64,000 nt of DNA from an uncultured Holophagales bacterium (GTDB lineage Bacteria; Acidobacteriota; Thermoanaerobaculia; Multivoradales; UBA5704): NCBI GenBank assembly GCA_963842525.1, contig CAWJGT010000003.1, positions 960,001-1,024,000 on the forward strand, written 5' to 3'. The notes under the pieces are model-generated. The model was not told the origin of the DNA and ran no database searches. It saw only the letters and a list, made by a program, of their open reading frames with translations. Of this stretch, positions 45,986-56,450 are shown piece by piece. Position numbers and translations under genes: made by a program. The number at the start of each line of letters is the position of its first letter. Within the stretch, counting starts at the first letter, position 1.

Positions 45986-46615
45986 CTACGCGCCCACGTT
46001 ATCCGCTATCGTTCCCTTCCGAAGCACCCAGGTGCTCATGGACCGGAGGTTCTGGACGAGTGTGGTCTTCAGGGGGTCGAGCCAGATCCCCCCGAGCCGG
46101 TCGGTCGTCCGGCGGAGAATCTCCTCGTCCACCAGGAATCGCTGTGATCCGTCCGGCAGTTGATACCTCCTTCCTGCCAGCGGACGGACGCGTTGCTCCA
46201 GACCGATGGTCGACGCCAGTCGAGCGAAGAAGAGGCCACCTGGGCGGAGGACACGCCACATCTCATCGAGCATGCGATGGAAGTGCTCTTCATCTCTCGC
46301 GAAGTGAAGCACCGCGCTGCACACGACCACGTCGAAGCTCTCGGCGGCGAACGACAGGGATTCCAGAGGGCTGACCTGGAAGTTCTCCGGAGGCAGCGTC
46401 GGCGCGAGGCCGGCCGCCAAGCTTCGAACCTGGTGCACCGCCGATTGATTGTCGTCGACTCCGAAGACCTCGTAACCTGAGCGCAGCAACCAAATCAGGT
46501 TCCTTCCCCCGCCGCAACCGGCGTCCAGCAGACTCATGCCCGGGGTGATCCGCCCCTTCAGGAGCTGATCGAGGAGATAGATGTCGATGTCGCCCAGGAG
46601 CTCATGCAGGTCCAT
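45986..46615 (-). CDS. Class I SAM-dependent methyltransferase
   Basis: DIDIYLLDQLLKG, LLDAGCGGGRN, SAVLHFA, LRPGG. Confidence 0.9.
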   Translation of the reverse strand: MDLHELLGDIDIYLLDQLLKGRITPGMSLLDAGCGGGRNLIWLLRSGYEVFGVDDNQSAVHQVRSLAAGLAPTLPPENFQVSPLESLSFAAESFDVVVCSAVLHFARDEEHFHRMLDEMWRVLRPGGLFFARLASTIGLEQRVRPLAGRRYQLPDGSQRFLVDEEILRRTTDRLGGIWLDPLKTTLVQNLRSMSTWVLRKGTIADNVGA

Positions 46616-46761
46616 GGCGGCCAAAGATAGCGTAGGAATGGAGAATCCCATGAAACCTGAAGATCTCTGCTTGCATAACTTTGCGGAGTAAAGTACATTG
46701 CGGCGCTACAGGCAGGCCGCAACGCGGCATGAGACTCGTGTCTTCTGGGGGAGAGCCGACC

Positions 46762-48141
46762 ATGACAAAAGCCACGATCGCCGGCGGGGCGTTCGCCACC
46801 GTGCTCGTCCTCCTCGCCCTCGCCGCCGGCTACCGGGCCCTCAACCAGGACGTCCACCCCGCCGCGGCGACATCGCCCGCGATCACACCCTCAACCACGC
46901 CGGCGGCGGCGGAGACCCACCCGGCAGCGGAGACCCCCCAGGGGTTCCTCTACGGCCGGATCACCACCGTCGACGGCGCCACCTACGAGGGGCGGCTGCG
47001 CTGGGGGGGCGACGAGGAGGCGTTCTGGGGCGACTACTTCAACGGCTTCAAGACACGAGAACCCCTGGGCTCGCCCACGTGCCGCCAGAGCGGCTGCCCA
47101 AGGAGCGCCGCCCGATCGAGATCTTCGGATTCAAGATCGCCGGCAGGGAGCGCCAGAGCGACGCTCGGCCGGCCTTTCATGGCGCGCTTCGGCGACATCG
47201 CGCGCATCGAGGCGCGCGGCCGTGACGTGCGGGTGACTCTCAAGAGCGGGACCGTGTTCGACCTCGACCGCTTCGAAGCCAGCGACTTCGACGACGGCGT
47301 GCGGGTGTGGGACGGCAGGCGGGGCGTCGTCGACCTCGACAGTCTGCGGATCCGCACGATCGAGCTCCTCCCCACCGCCGCGGCTGGGCGCCGCCCCCGA
47401 CCGGCTGCACGGTACGGTGCGCACGCGGCAGGGCGACTTCACCGGCTTCGTCCAGTGGAACCGGGAGGAGTGCGTCGGCTCCGACGAGCTCGACGGCCGC
47501 ACCGCCGACGGTGAGCTCAGCCTGCGTTTCGACACCATCCGCTCCATCGCGCGCCGCTCGCGCGACAGCTCCCTGGTGACGCTGCTCGACGGCCGCGAGA
47601 TCGTGCTCTCCGGCACCCACGAAGTCGGCGACGGCAACCGCGGGATCTACGTCGACGACCGGCGCTACGGCCGGGTGCTGATCTCCTGGGACGCCTTCGA
47701 GCGCGTCGACTTCAGCCCCGGCGGCGGCAGCACGGCCCCGCCTACGGCGACTTCCCGCCGGGGCGCCCGCTCACGGGCAGCGTCACCACCCGCGCCGGCC
47801 GCCGCCTCGCCGGCCGGCTGGTCTACGACCTCGACGAGAGCGAGACCACCGAGACGCTCGACGCCCCATCCCAGGGCGTGGACTACACCATCCCCTTCGG
47901 CCTGATCGCCTCGATCGTGCCCCCCGGCCGCGAAGAGCGCGGCGCCCAGCGCGCCAGGGTGACCCTCCATAACGGCGAGGAGCTGCAGCTCGAGCGCACC
48001 GGCGACCTCGGCGAGGGGAATGCCGGCATGCTGATCTTCGTCGACGGCCGTCAGCGCCCCGAGTACGTGCCCTGGACCGACGTCGAGCAGGTCGACTTCG
48101 ACCGCCCGCCGGCGATGTACCCGCCGCTCGGCGGGCGCTAG
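46762..48141 (+). CDS. Hypothetical exported protein with internal repeats, several frameshifts
   Basis: Signal peptide; repeated G.(I/V)tT..G....G.(L/V).(W/Y)..(D)E units across ORFs 46681-47514, 47417-47905 and 47878-48141. Confidence 0.6.
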
Positions 48142-48249
48142 GTCACGGGCCGTCGCTTCACCACCGGCCACAATCTGGCCACACTGGTTTCCCGGAGCGC
48201 GGCAATTTGATAGTATAGAGACGTTATCCGGAGGTGCAGTACTGTAGCT

Positions 48250-48543
48250 ATGTACCAGCTCGAAATGACGGAGAGTGCCCGCGAGGACTTGCGCTTCTTG
48301 GAGAAGCCTTTGCGGCGCTACGTCTTGGAGAAGGCTGAACGCTATTTGTCAGCGGAGCCTTTGCGGCCGGCCCTCAACCGGAAGCCACTCCGCCCCAACG
48401 AGCTTGCTTCCTGGGAATTGCGGATCGGGTCATTTCGGGTCTTCTATGACGTCAAGATCGAGAGTAGGATCGTCTTGATCAAGGCGGTTGGCCGGAAGGA
48501 ACGTGACCGTCTCCTGATCCGCGGCAAGGAGACCAGGCTATGA
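48250..48543 (+). CDS. RelE/ParE-family toxin
   Basis: AREDLRFL...RKPLRPNELASWELRIGSFRVFYDV...AVGRK. Confidence 0.85.
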   Translation: MYQLEMTESAREDLRFLEKPLRRYVLEKAERYLSAEPLRPALNRKPLRPNELASWELRIGSFRVFYDVKIESRIVLIKAVGRKERDRLLIRGKETRL

Positions 48544-48789
48544 AAAAGGTCGAACTCGACTGCCATCTCGAACCTGGAGGATCTGCTGGATCTTGCACAG
48601 GAAGACACCATCCTTCTCAGGACTCCAGAGGGCCAGGAATTCATCGTATCGTCCGAGGTCGAGGACTTCGAGGCTGAGCTGGAGTCTCTCCGGAACAACA
48701 AGGAGTTCATGGAATTCCTCGACGAGAGGTCTCGCGAAGAGAAGACCTACTCCCTCGCAGAGGTCAAGAAGCACCTCGGCTTGGACTGA
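48540..48789 (+). CDS. Putative antitoxin (frameshift at about 48555)
   Basis: ATGA overlap with the toxin; LEDLLDLAQEDTILLRTPEGQEF...FMEFLDERSREEKTYSLAEVKKHLGLD*. Confidence 0.7.
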
Positions 48790-48829
48790 GGCTCGTCACC
48801 CGCTCCCGGCAACAAGGAGGGCACCTCCG

Positions 48830-49366
48830 ATGGTCGCAGGAGACGATGGAGACATTATTCGAGGACTCGGTTTCGTGACCCTTCATTCTGCTTACCTGGA
48901 AGAAGAGGTTGACAGGTGCGCAGAGGTGCTCAAAAGCCTTGGGGCTTCTATTGCTGAGCCGCCAATTCCGAAGTGGCCAGCCCAAAAGTTAGAGTACTGC
49001 CTGAACCGGTGCACAGAACTCGGCATTGACCACTTGCTTGTTGTAACCCACGCATTCAGGGGGGGCAAGTCACTATTCAAGCGGCGCAATGATGTTGTGC
49101 ACGGCAGAACCTACGCTCAGACTAAGGGGCCAGATATTAGACGATCCGGAAGACCCGGGGTCCCGGACTGCCCAGTTACATCGAAAGAACTCTACGAACT
49201 GGCCGATGACTTCTACGAGACAACGAAAATTGTAAGCCAGATTACCGACTTTTATATACCAGATGCAGTGGCGAACAAAGGATCTGTAGAACCGGCAGAC
49301 TCCAACCGCCGAACCCACGCTTCCACCGGACGGTCGGCTTCGCCGCCCGCAGCGTCAAAACGTTAG
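48830..49366 (+). CDS. Hypothetical protein (cassette-like)
   Basis: AAGGAGG RBS; lower GC; the 3' end runs into an attC-like site. Confidence 0.6.
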   Translation: MVAGDDGDIIRGLGFVTLHSAYLEEEVDRCAEVLKSLGASIAEPPIPKWPAQKLEYCLNRCTELGIDHLLVVTHAFRGGKSLFKRRNDVVHGRTYAQTKGPDIRRSGRPGVPDCPVTSKELYELADDFYETTKIVSQITDFYIPDAVANKGSVEPADSNRRTHASTGRSASPPAASKR

Positions 49367-49387
49367 GGGCACCGCGGAGCTACATTG

Positions 49388-50230
49388 ATGTCGAACTCAA
49401 GCATTAAGAGCGCTCTCCAAAAGGTACTCAATAGTCATGGGTATGGCCTACACTATGCCATCATTAGGAAGATGGATGAACTTCTGCAGGATGGGCGTGC
49501 CTTTCCTTGGCAGCTGGCTGCGGTCGAGCTTCCTGTAGAAGTGCGGGGGGAGCACACGAGAGTTGATATTGTATTAAAGCACATCGTTAGATCCGTCTAT
49601 ATCGTTTGTGAGTGCAAGAGAGTAAACCCATCTCTATCAGAGTGGGCGTTCGTGAAGGCGCCCTACGTGACTCCTCCGGATTCGGCAGAGTGGATTTTTG
49701 CCGAGTCGGTGATGTCCGATGGCCGGAGTAGTTTTCAGACAAGCGTCGACCGTGTCGGATCTTCAAAGGAGGTCTTTCATGTAGCGGTCGAAGTTAAAAG
49801 CGATAAGGCCGGGGATCAATATGGTCACGGCAGAGGAGGAATCGAGGGTGCCGCAACCCAAGTGCTTCGATCTGTCAATGGTTTCGTGCACTTCCTCAAG
49901 AGCAATAGCCCGCTTCTAGCCATAAATGACCCAACCTCCATAGTGCCGGTTGTTTTTACCACAGCGTCGCTCCGTACCACAAACTTGGATCTTGGTGGGG
50001 CCAATCTAGAAAATGGGCATGTCGATTTGGCGGACGTTATCATCCAAGAAGTTGACTGGCTATATTATCAATATAGTCAAAGTCCAGGTTTGAGGCACAC
50101 GCTGGGGAGCTCGCATAGCGGTAAATCCATTGCAGATATCTTGCAGGCAGAGTTCACCCGGACGATAGCGGTAGTGAATCCACAGAGCCTCGAAGCGTTC
50201 TTTAAGGAGGCATTGGGATTTATGCGTTGA
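49388..50230 (+). CDS. Putative PD-(D/E)xK nuclease-fold protein
   Basis: ELPV...TRVDIVLKH...YIVCECKR motif; low GC. Confidence 0.6.
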   Translation: MSNSSIKSALQKVLNSHGYGLHYAIIRKMDELLQDGRAFPWQLAAVELPVEVRGEHTRVDIVLKHIVRSVYIVCECKRVNPSLSEWAFVKAPYVTPPDSAEWIFAESVMSDGRSSFQTSVDRVGSSKEVFHVAVEVKSDKAGDQYGHGRGGIEGAATQVLRSVNGFVHFLKSNSPLLAINDPTSIVPVVFTTASLRTTNLDLGGANLENGHVDLADVIIQEVDWLYYQYSQSPGLRHTLGSSHSGKSIADILQAEFTRTIAVVNPQSLEAFFKEALGFMR

Positions 50231-50340
50231 TGGCGCGCCTAGCGCGGTCGGTCGAGCGGACGTCTAACGCCGCCGCTCACCTCCAGAAACGGTAGACAAC
50301 CCGATCATTACCCTTGATCTTGCAAAACCCCTGAGAGCAG

Positions 50341-50793
50341 ATGCTCTCGAGATACTTGTATCGGCCTATAACTCTCAAGCATCTCAATCCAAAGGAACTG
50401 CCCGACTGGTCACACACGTTCGGCCAGGTTGTTGTGGTTGAGCATGCGGGGCTTCGTCACATTCATGTGGCTGGCCAGGTTGGAGTGGACGTCCACAAGC
50501 AGCTCGCAGGTGACGGCGGTCTGGAGGCGCAGCTTGACGGCGCACTCAAGAATCTCGAGCTTGCACTGGCGGCAGCCGGGGCGGCATGGGGCGATGTCGT
50601 CAAGCTGACGATTTTCGTTGTCAACTATCAGCCTGCGTACGCTCCTTTGATCACCCGCGCCATCTCCTCGAGGTTCAGTGCGAGTCATCTTCCCGCGCTC
50701 TCCCTGGTAGGCGTGGCCGCCCTGGCCGATTTGCAGTGGCTCGTGGAAGTCGAGGCGAGTGCTGCCGTTGTTTCAGGACATGCGACAGAATAA
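50341..50793 (+). CDS. RidA/YjgF family protein
   Basis: IHVAGQVG, NLELALAAAG..DVVKLTIFV, LVEVEASA; true start uncertain. Confidence 0.85.
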   Translation: MLSRYLYRPITLKHLNPKELPDWSHTFGQVVVVEHAGLRHIHVAGQVGVDVHKQLAGDGGLEAQLDGALKNLELALAAAGAAWGDVVKLTIFVVNYQPAYAPLITRAISSRFSASHLPALSLVGVAALADLQWLVEVEASAAVVSGHATE

Positions 50794-50993
50794 CGGCGCA
50801 TCGTCTCAACTCAGACACCGTTGGGCGCCGATCGGCCGAGAGGGTGCTATCTCCGGGCCTTTCCGTCGCTTCACCACCGACACAATCTGGCCATAGTCTA
50901 CGGTGATCATAAGACCCCTTGACTTTGGCACTTTGTCGTGTAAAGTGCCTCGTGCTTTGTGCCGCAAAGCACTTCATCGAGCGAGGACACGAC

Positions 50994-51911
50994 ATGGAGC
51001 TCCGGATACGAGACGTTTCCAAGACCTATCCCAACGGGGTGCAGGCATTGAAGCAGGTCAATCTGACCATCCCCTGCGGGATGTACGGCCTGCTCGGCCC
51101 CAACGGCGCCGGCAAGTCCACGCTCATGCGCATCCTGGCCACGTTGCAGGAGCCGGACGAAGGCAGCATCCGCCTCGGCGACATCGACGTGGTGAGCCAG
51201 AAGGAGGAAGTGCGCAAGACGCTCGGCTACCTGCCGCAGGAGTTCGGCGTCTATCCGAAGGTGAGCGCGGAGAAGCTGCTCGATCACTTCGCGCTGCTCA
51301 AGGGCATCGGCGAGCGTCGGGCGCGCAAGGAGGTCGTCGAGGCGCTTCTTCGGCAGACGAACCTGTGGGACGTACGCAAGCAGAAGCTGGGCGGCTACTC
51401 GGGCGGCATGCGGCAGCGCTTCGGCGTCGCCGTGGCGCTCCTGGGCAACCCCAAGCTGATGATCGTCGACGAGCCGACGGCGGGGCTCGACCCCGCGGAG
51501 CGCGTGCGATTCCTGAACCTGCTCTCCGAGCTGGGCGAGAACAGCGTCGTTCTCCTCTCCACGCACATCGTCGAGGACGTGAGTGAGCTGTGCACGCGGA
51601 TGGCGATCATCGACAGAGGCGAGATCCTCCTGGAGGCGGAGCCGCTGCGCGCCGTCGATGACCTCCGTGGCCGGATCTGGCGCCGCGTGGTTTCGAAGTC
51701 GCAGCTCGCCGACCTGGAGCGCGAGCATGCGGTGATCTCCACGAAGCTCCTCGCCGGGCGGACCGTAGTGCACGTCTTCAGCGACTCGGCGCCCGGCCCC
51801 GGCTTCGAGCCCGCCGAGCCGGACCTCGAGGACGTCTACTTCAGCACCATGACGAGGCACATCGGCCGGCGCCCTGATCGACGCAACAACCAGCCGGAGC
51901 CGGCGGTGTAG
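50994..51911 (+). CDS. ABC transporter ATP-binding protein
   Basis: GPNGAGKST, YSGGMRQR, IVDEPTAGLD. Confidence 0.95.
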   Translation: MELRIRDVSKTYPNGVQALKQVNLTIPCGMYGLLGPNGAGKSTLMRILATLQEPDEGSIRLGDIDVVSQKEEVRKTLGYLPQEFGVYPKVSAEKLLDHFALLKGIGERRARKEVVEALLRQTNLWDVRKQKLGGYSGGMRQRFGVAVALLGNPKLMIVDEPTAGLDPAERVRFLNLLSELGENSVVLLSTHIVEDVSELCTRMAIIDRGEILLEAEPLRAVDDLRGRIWRRVVSKSQLADLEREHAVISTKLLAGRTVVHVFSDSAPGPGFEPAEPDLEDVYFSTMTRHIGRRPDRRNNQPEPAV

Positions 51912-51913
51912 CG

Positions 51914-54900
51914 ATGAAGCTCCGGGGGATTTTTCGTTTCGAGCTCGCCTACCAGGCACGCCGTGCCTGGCCGTGGCTCTCCTTCTCCGCCCTCGTCGTC
52001 TTCGCGTTCCTCTTCACGAGAGAAGCCCTCGTCGCCGACGCGCTCTACGACGACATCTACATCAACTCGCCATTCATGATCGCGGGGGTCACGCTGTTCA
52101 CCTCCCTGATCTGGCTGCTGGTGGCGGCGCCCGTGACGGGCGAGGCGGCGGCGCGGGACGTGGCGACGGGGATGCATCCGCTCGCGTACACCATGCCCAT
52201 CAGCAAGGCGGACTACCTCGGGGGACGCTTCCTGGCTGCGTTCGTTCTCAATGCGCTGATCGTGCTCGCGGATCCAGGTGGGGAGCCTGCTCGCCGTCTA
52301 CCTGCCCGGCATGCATCCCGATGCGGTCGGCCCTTTCCGTCCCGTGGCATATCTCACGGTCTACGCCTTCCTCGCGCTGCCGAACGCGTTCTTCGCCGTG
52401 GCGATCCAGTTCGCCCTCGCGACGCTGAGCGGCAGGACCATGGCGAGCTATCTCGGAAGTGTCTTCATGTTCTTCATGGCGTGGATCTTCGGCAGCCTCA
52501 TCCTGTGGCCGCGGCCTGACCTGGGGAAGATGGTGGATCCGATCGGCATCACGATCTTCTTTCGGGAGCTGGCGCCGCTCTGGACGTCGATCGAGAAGAA
52601 GACGCGCCTCGTCACGCTGGAAGGCACACTGCCATGGAACCGCCTCCTCTGGCTCGGGATCTGCCTGGGGGTGCTGGCCTTCACGTACGTGCGCTTTCGC
52701 TTCGCGCACCGGACGGGCCGCGGCTGGCGGCGGCGATGGACGAGGCGCTCGCTCGCGCCGATGCCTGCCGGTATCGGCATGACGGGCATCACGGCGAGCA
52801 CGCCCATCTCCGTCCCGCAAGTCCCGCGCAGGTTCGACGTCGGGATGGGGGTGCGGCAGACGCTGGCGGTCGCCTGGGACTCGTTCCGGTCGATCGCGAA
52901 GAGCTGGGCCGGGCTGGCCGTGCTGGCAGGCATCCCGATGCTCGCGGTCGTCCTCGTGGTCGATCAGATGTCGCTCAATGGCGTCCCCCTGGTTCCCACG
53001 ACCGCGCGAGTCATCACCGAGCTGGCAGCGCCCCTGACCGCTGAAATGACCCCGTGGGTCATCATCCCGCTCCTCATCGTCTTCTTCGCCGGGGAGCTGG
53101 TCTGGCGGGAACGGGATGCGGGCCTGGGGGAGATCACCGATGCGCTGCCGGAGTCGGAATGGGTCCTCTTCCTCGGCAAGTTCCTGGGGCTCGGTCTCGC
53201 TGCTCTTCGTGTTGATCGGCACTGCAGATCGCGGCGGGGATGCTCGCCCAGGTGATCCTGGGCTCTGACGAGCTTCGAGATCGGGCTGTACGTGACAATC
53301 CTCCTGGGGCTCACCCTTCCGGAATATCTCCTGTTCGCCGCGCTCGCCCTCGTGGTGCACGTGCTGGTGAACCAGAAGTACGTCGGCCACCTGGTGGCGA
53401 TCATGGCCTTCGTGGTCATCGCCCTTGCCCGCCTGTTCGGCATCGAGCACCACCTGCTCATCTATGGCGATGGGCCCGGGTGGTCCTACACGGAGATGCG
53501 CGGGTTCGGGCCGTTCCTCGGACCCTGGGCCTGGTTCAAGCTCTACTGGGCCGCGTGGGCGCTGGTGCTCGCGGTGGTGGCGCGGCTGCTCTGGGTGCGC
53601 GGCAGGGAGACGGGCATCGGGGCGCGGCTCCGGACAGCGCGCCTTCGCCTCACGGGGGCCACGGCGCGTGCGGCCACGACGGCGGTGGCGCTCATCCTCG
53701 CGCTCGGCGGGTTCATCTTCTACAACACCAACGTGCTGAACGAGTACCTGTCCGCCTCCGACATCACGGAGCTGCAGGCCGGGTATGAGCAGCGCTACAA
53801 GCGCTACGAGCGCGCCCCACAGCCGCGGATGACAGGGACACGCCTGCACGTCGAGATCCATCCCGAGCGGCGGGCCGTCGAGGCTCGCGGGTCGTACAGC
53901 CTCGTGAACGGCAGCGACGTCGCCATCGACTCGATCCACGTGTCGACCGTCCCCGGCAGTCGAGCCCGCAGCGCTGTCGTTCGACCGGACGGCTTCACTC
54001 GTCCTCGTGGATGCGGACCGCGGCTATCGGATCTACGCGCTGGAGAGGCCGCTCCAGCCCGGCGACTCGCTGCGCCTCGACTTCGCGGTCCGCATCGAGC
54101 CGCGCGGCTTCCGCAACGAGGGCGTCGATGCGTCCGTCGTCGCGAACGGCAGCTACTTCACGACCGGAAACTGGTTCCCGGCCATCGGCTACCAGCGGAG
54201 CCGCGAGCTCCTCAGCGCCCGCGACCGGCGCGAGCACGGGCTCCCTGTGCGGCCCGTCGTCCCTTCGCTCGACGATGTCGAGGCGCGGACGGAATCGGCC
54301 GAGCGGATTGCGTTCGAGGCGGTCCTCGGCACGGACGAGGACCAGGTTGCCGTCGCTCCGGGGCGGCTGCGCCGGACGTGGACGGAAGGCGGGCGGCGCT
54401 ACTTCCACTACTCGACCGATGACTCCGGCACCGAGCTCGGTTTCTTCTCCGCCGACTACGCGGTGCGTGAAGAAACGTGGAACCCTCCGGCAGGCTCAGG
54501 GCAGGCCGTCACGATCCAGGTCTTCCATCACCCGGGGCACACCGCGCACCTGGACCGCATGCTCCGCAGCCTGCGAGCCTCGCTGGACTACTACTCCGAG
54601 CACTTCGGCCCCTACCCGCGCGGATACCTGAGCGTGGTCGAGCGTCCCGGCCTCGGCACGGGCATGCACGCCGACGCCGGCATGATCACCCATGAGGAGG
54701 GGTTCGCCTTCTGGGCTCCGACGAATGCGGAGAGCCTCGATCTCCCCTCCGCCGTCGTGGCACACGAGACGGCGCACCAGTGGACCGTCCCGTATGCACA
54801 CGTCGAGGGAGCCCCGGTGATGTCCGAGAGCGTCGCCTGGTATTACGGGATGAAGGCCGTGGAGAACGCCTGGGGGCCGGAGCATCTGCGGCGGCTTCTG

Positions 54901-55530
54901 AGCTTCATGCGGCAGCCGTATCCATACCCGCCGATCCGAAGGGGTGAGCCGTTGCTCCGGGGGCTCGACCCGTACATGTCCTACCGCTGGGGCCCCTTCG
55001 CTCTGTACGCGCTGAGCGAATACATGGGCGAGGACCGGGTCAATACTGCATTACGACGACTGATCGAGAAGCACCGTTCGGGAGCGCCTCCGCTGGCGAC
55101 GACGCTCGACCTCTATCGGGAGCTGCAGGCGGTCGCGCCGGACTCGCTGAAGCCCCTGCTGCACGACCTGTTCGAGGTGAACACGTTCTGGCAGCTCGAG
55201 ACGGAGCGTGCCACGGCGGTCGAGACGAAGGCAGGCACGTGGCAGGTAACGCTCGACGTGCTGGCGCGTAAGAAGGTGTACGACAGCGCAAGCGTCGAGA
55301 CCGAGGTGCCGATGAATGAATGGGTGGAGATCGGGGTCTTCGGCGCCGCTGAGCGGGGCCACGACGAGCTGAGCGCGCCGCTCTACGTGAAGATGCATCG
55401 CATCCGCTCCGGCGAGCAGACGATCACGGTGACGGTGCCTCGCAAGCCGGACCTGGCCGGCATCGATCCGTATCACCTGCTCGACTGGGAGGAGCGCGAC
55501 GACGACGACAACATCGACGTGGTGAAGTGA
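51914..55530 (+). CDS. ABC-2 permease fused to M1 aminopeptidase domain (multiple frameshifts)
   Basis: TM segments in ORFs 51914, 52278 and 53292; HETAHQW...MSESVA zinc motif in ORF 54007-55530; colinear with intact paralog 56447-60013. Confidence 0.8.
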
Positions 55531-55538
55531 GAGCGACC

Positions 55539-56450
55539 ATGGAATTGAACATTCGCGACGTGTCCAAGACTTATCCCAACGGCACGCAGGCGTTGAAAGA
55601 TATTTCCCTCGACATTCCACAGGGGATGTTCGGGCTGCTCGGCCGGAACGGCGCCGGCAAGTCCACGCTGATGCGCATTCTCGCGACGCTCCAGGAGCCG
55701 GACGCGGGATCGGCGCGCCTCGGCGACATCGACGTGATCCGGCAGAAGGAGCGGGTGCGGGAAACGCTCGGCTACCTGCCGCAGTCGTTCGGCTTCCACC
55801 CGCGGGTGAGCGCGGAGCGGCTCCTCGAGCACTTCGCGGTGCTGAAGGGCCTTGTCGAGCCGGGGGCGAGGCGCGACGTCGTCGAGTCGCTGCTCCGGCG
55901 GACCAACCTGTGGGAGGTGCGCAAGCAGCGGATCGGCACGTTCTCCGGCGGCATGCGGCAGCGCCTGGGCGTCGCCGTCGCGCTGCTGGGCAACCCGAAG
56001 CTGATCATCGTCGACGAGCCGACGGCGGGGCTGGACCCGGAAGAGCGCGTCCGCTTCCTGAACCTGCTGAGCGAGATCGGCGAGGACAGCGTCGTGATCC
56101 TTTCGACGCACATCGTCGAGGACGTCGAGGAGCTGTGCAGCCGGGTGGCCGTCATCGACCGCGGGGAGATCCTGCTGGAGGCCGAGCCGTCGCGCGCAAT
56201 CGACGAGCTGCGAGGCCGCATCTGGCGCCGGAACGTGAGCCGGGACGAGCTGCTCGCGCTGGAGCAACAGCTCCCGGTGATCTCGACCAAGCTGATGGCA
56301 GGGCGGACGATCGCGCACGTCTATGCCGAGGCGTCGCCGGACGCGGCGTTCGAGGCCGTCGAGCCGGACATGAAGGACGTGTACTTCAGCGTCATGGCGG
56401 GGCATCACGGCCACCGGGCGGCGTCGTCGCAGGCGGGGGCCGTATCGTGA
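55539..56450 (+). CDS. ABC transporter ATP-binding protein (paralog)
   Basis: GRNGAGKST, FSGGMRQR, IVDEPTAGLD. Confidence 0.95.
   Translation: MELNIRDVSKTYPNGTQALKDISLDIPQGMFGLLGRNGAGKSTLMRILATLQEPDAGSARLGDIDVIRQKERVRETLGYLPQSFGFHPRVSAERLLEHFAVLKGLVEPGARRDVVESLLRRTNLWEVRKQRIGTFSGGMRQRLGVAVALLGNPKLIIVDEPTAGLDPEERVRFLNLLSEIGEDSVVILSTHIVEDVEELCSRVAVIDRGEILLEAEPSRAIDELRGRIWRRNVSRDELLALEQQLPVISTKLMAGRTIAHVYAEASPDAAFEAVEPDMKDVYFSVMAGHHGHRAASSQAGAVS

Larger units (their letters stand above)
48150..50893. mobile_element. Lower-GC islet flanked by ~31-bp direct repeats, with degenerate attC-like sites
   Basis: CCGTCGCTTCACCACCG(GC/A)CACAATCTGGCCA at 48150-48181 and 50863-50893; co-oriented small genes separated by attC-like palindromes. 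Confidence 0.6.
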
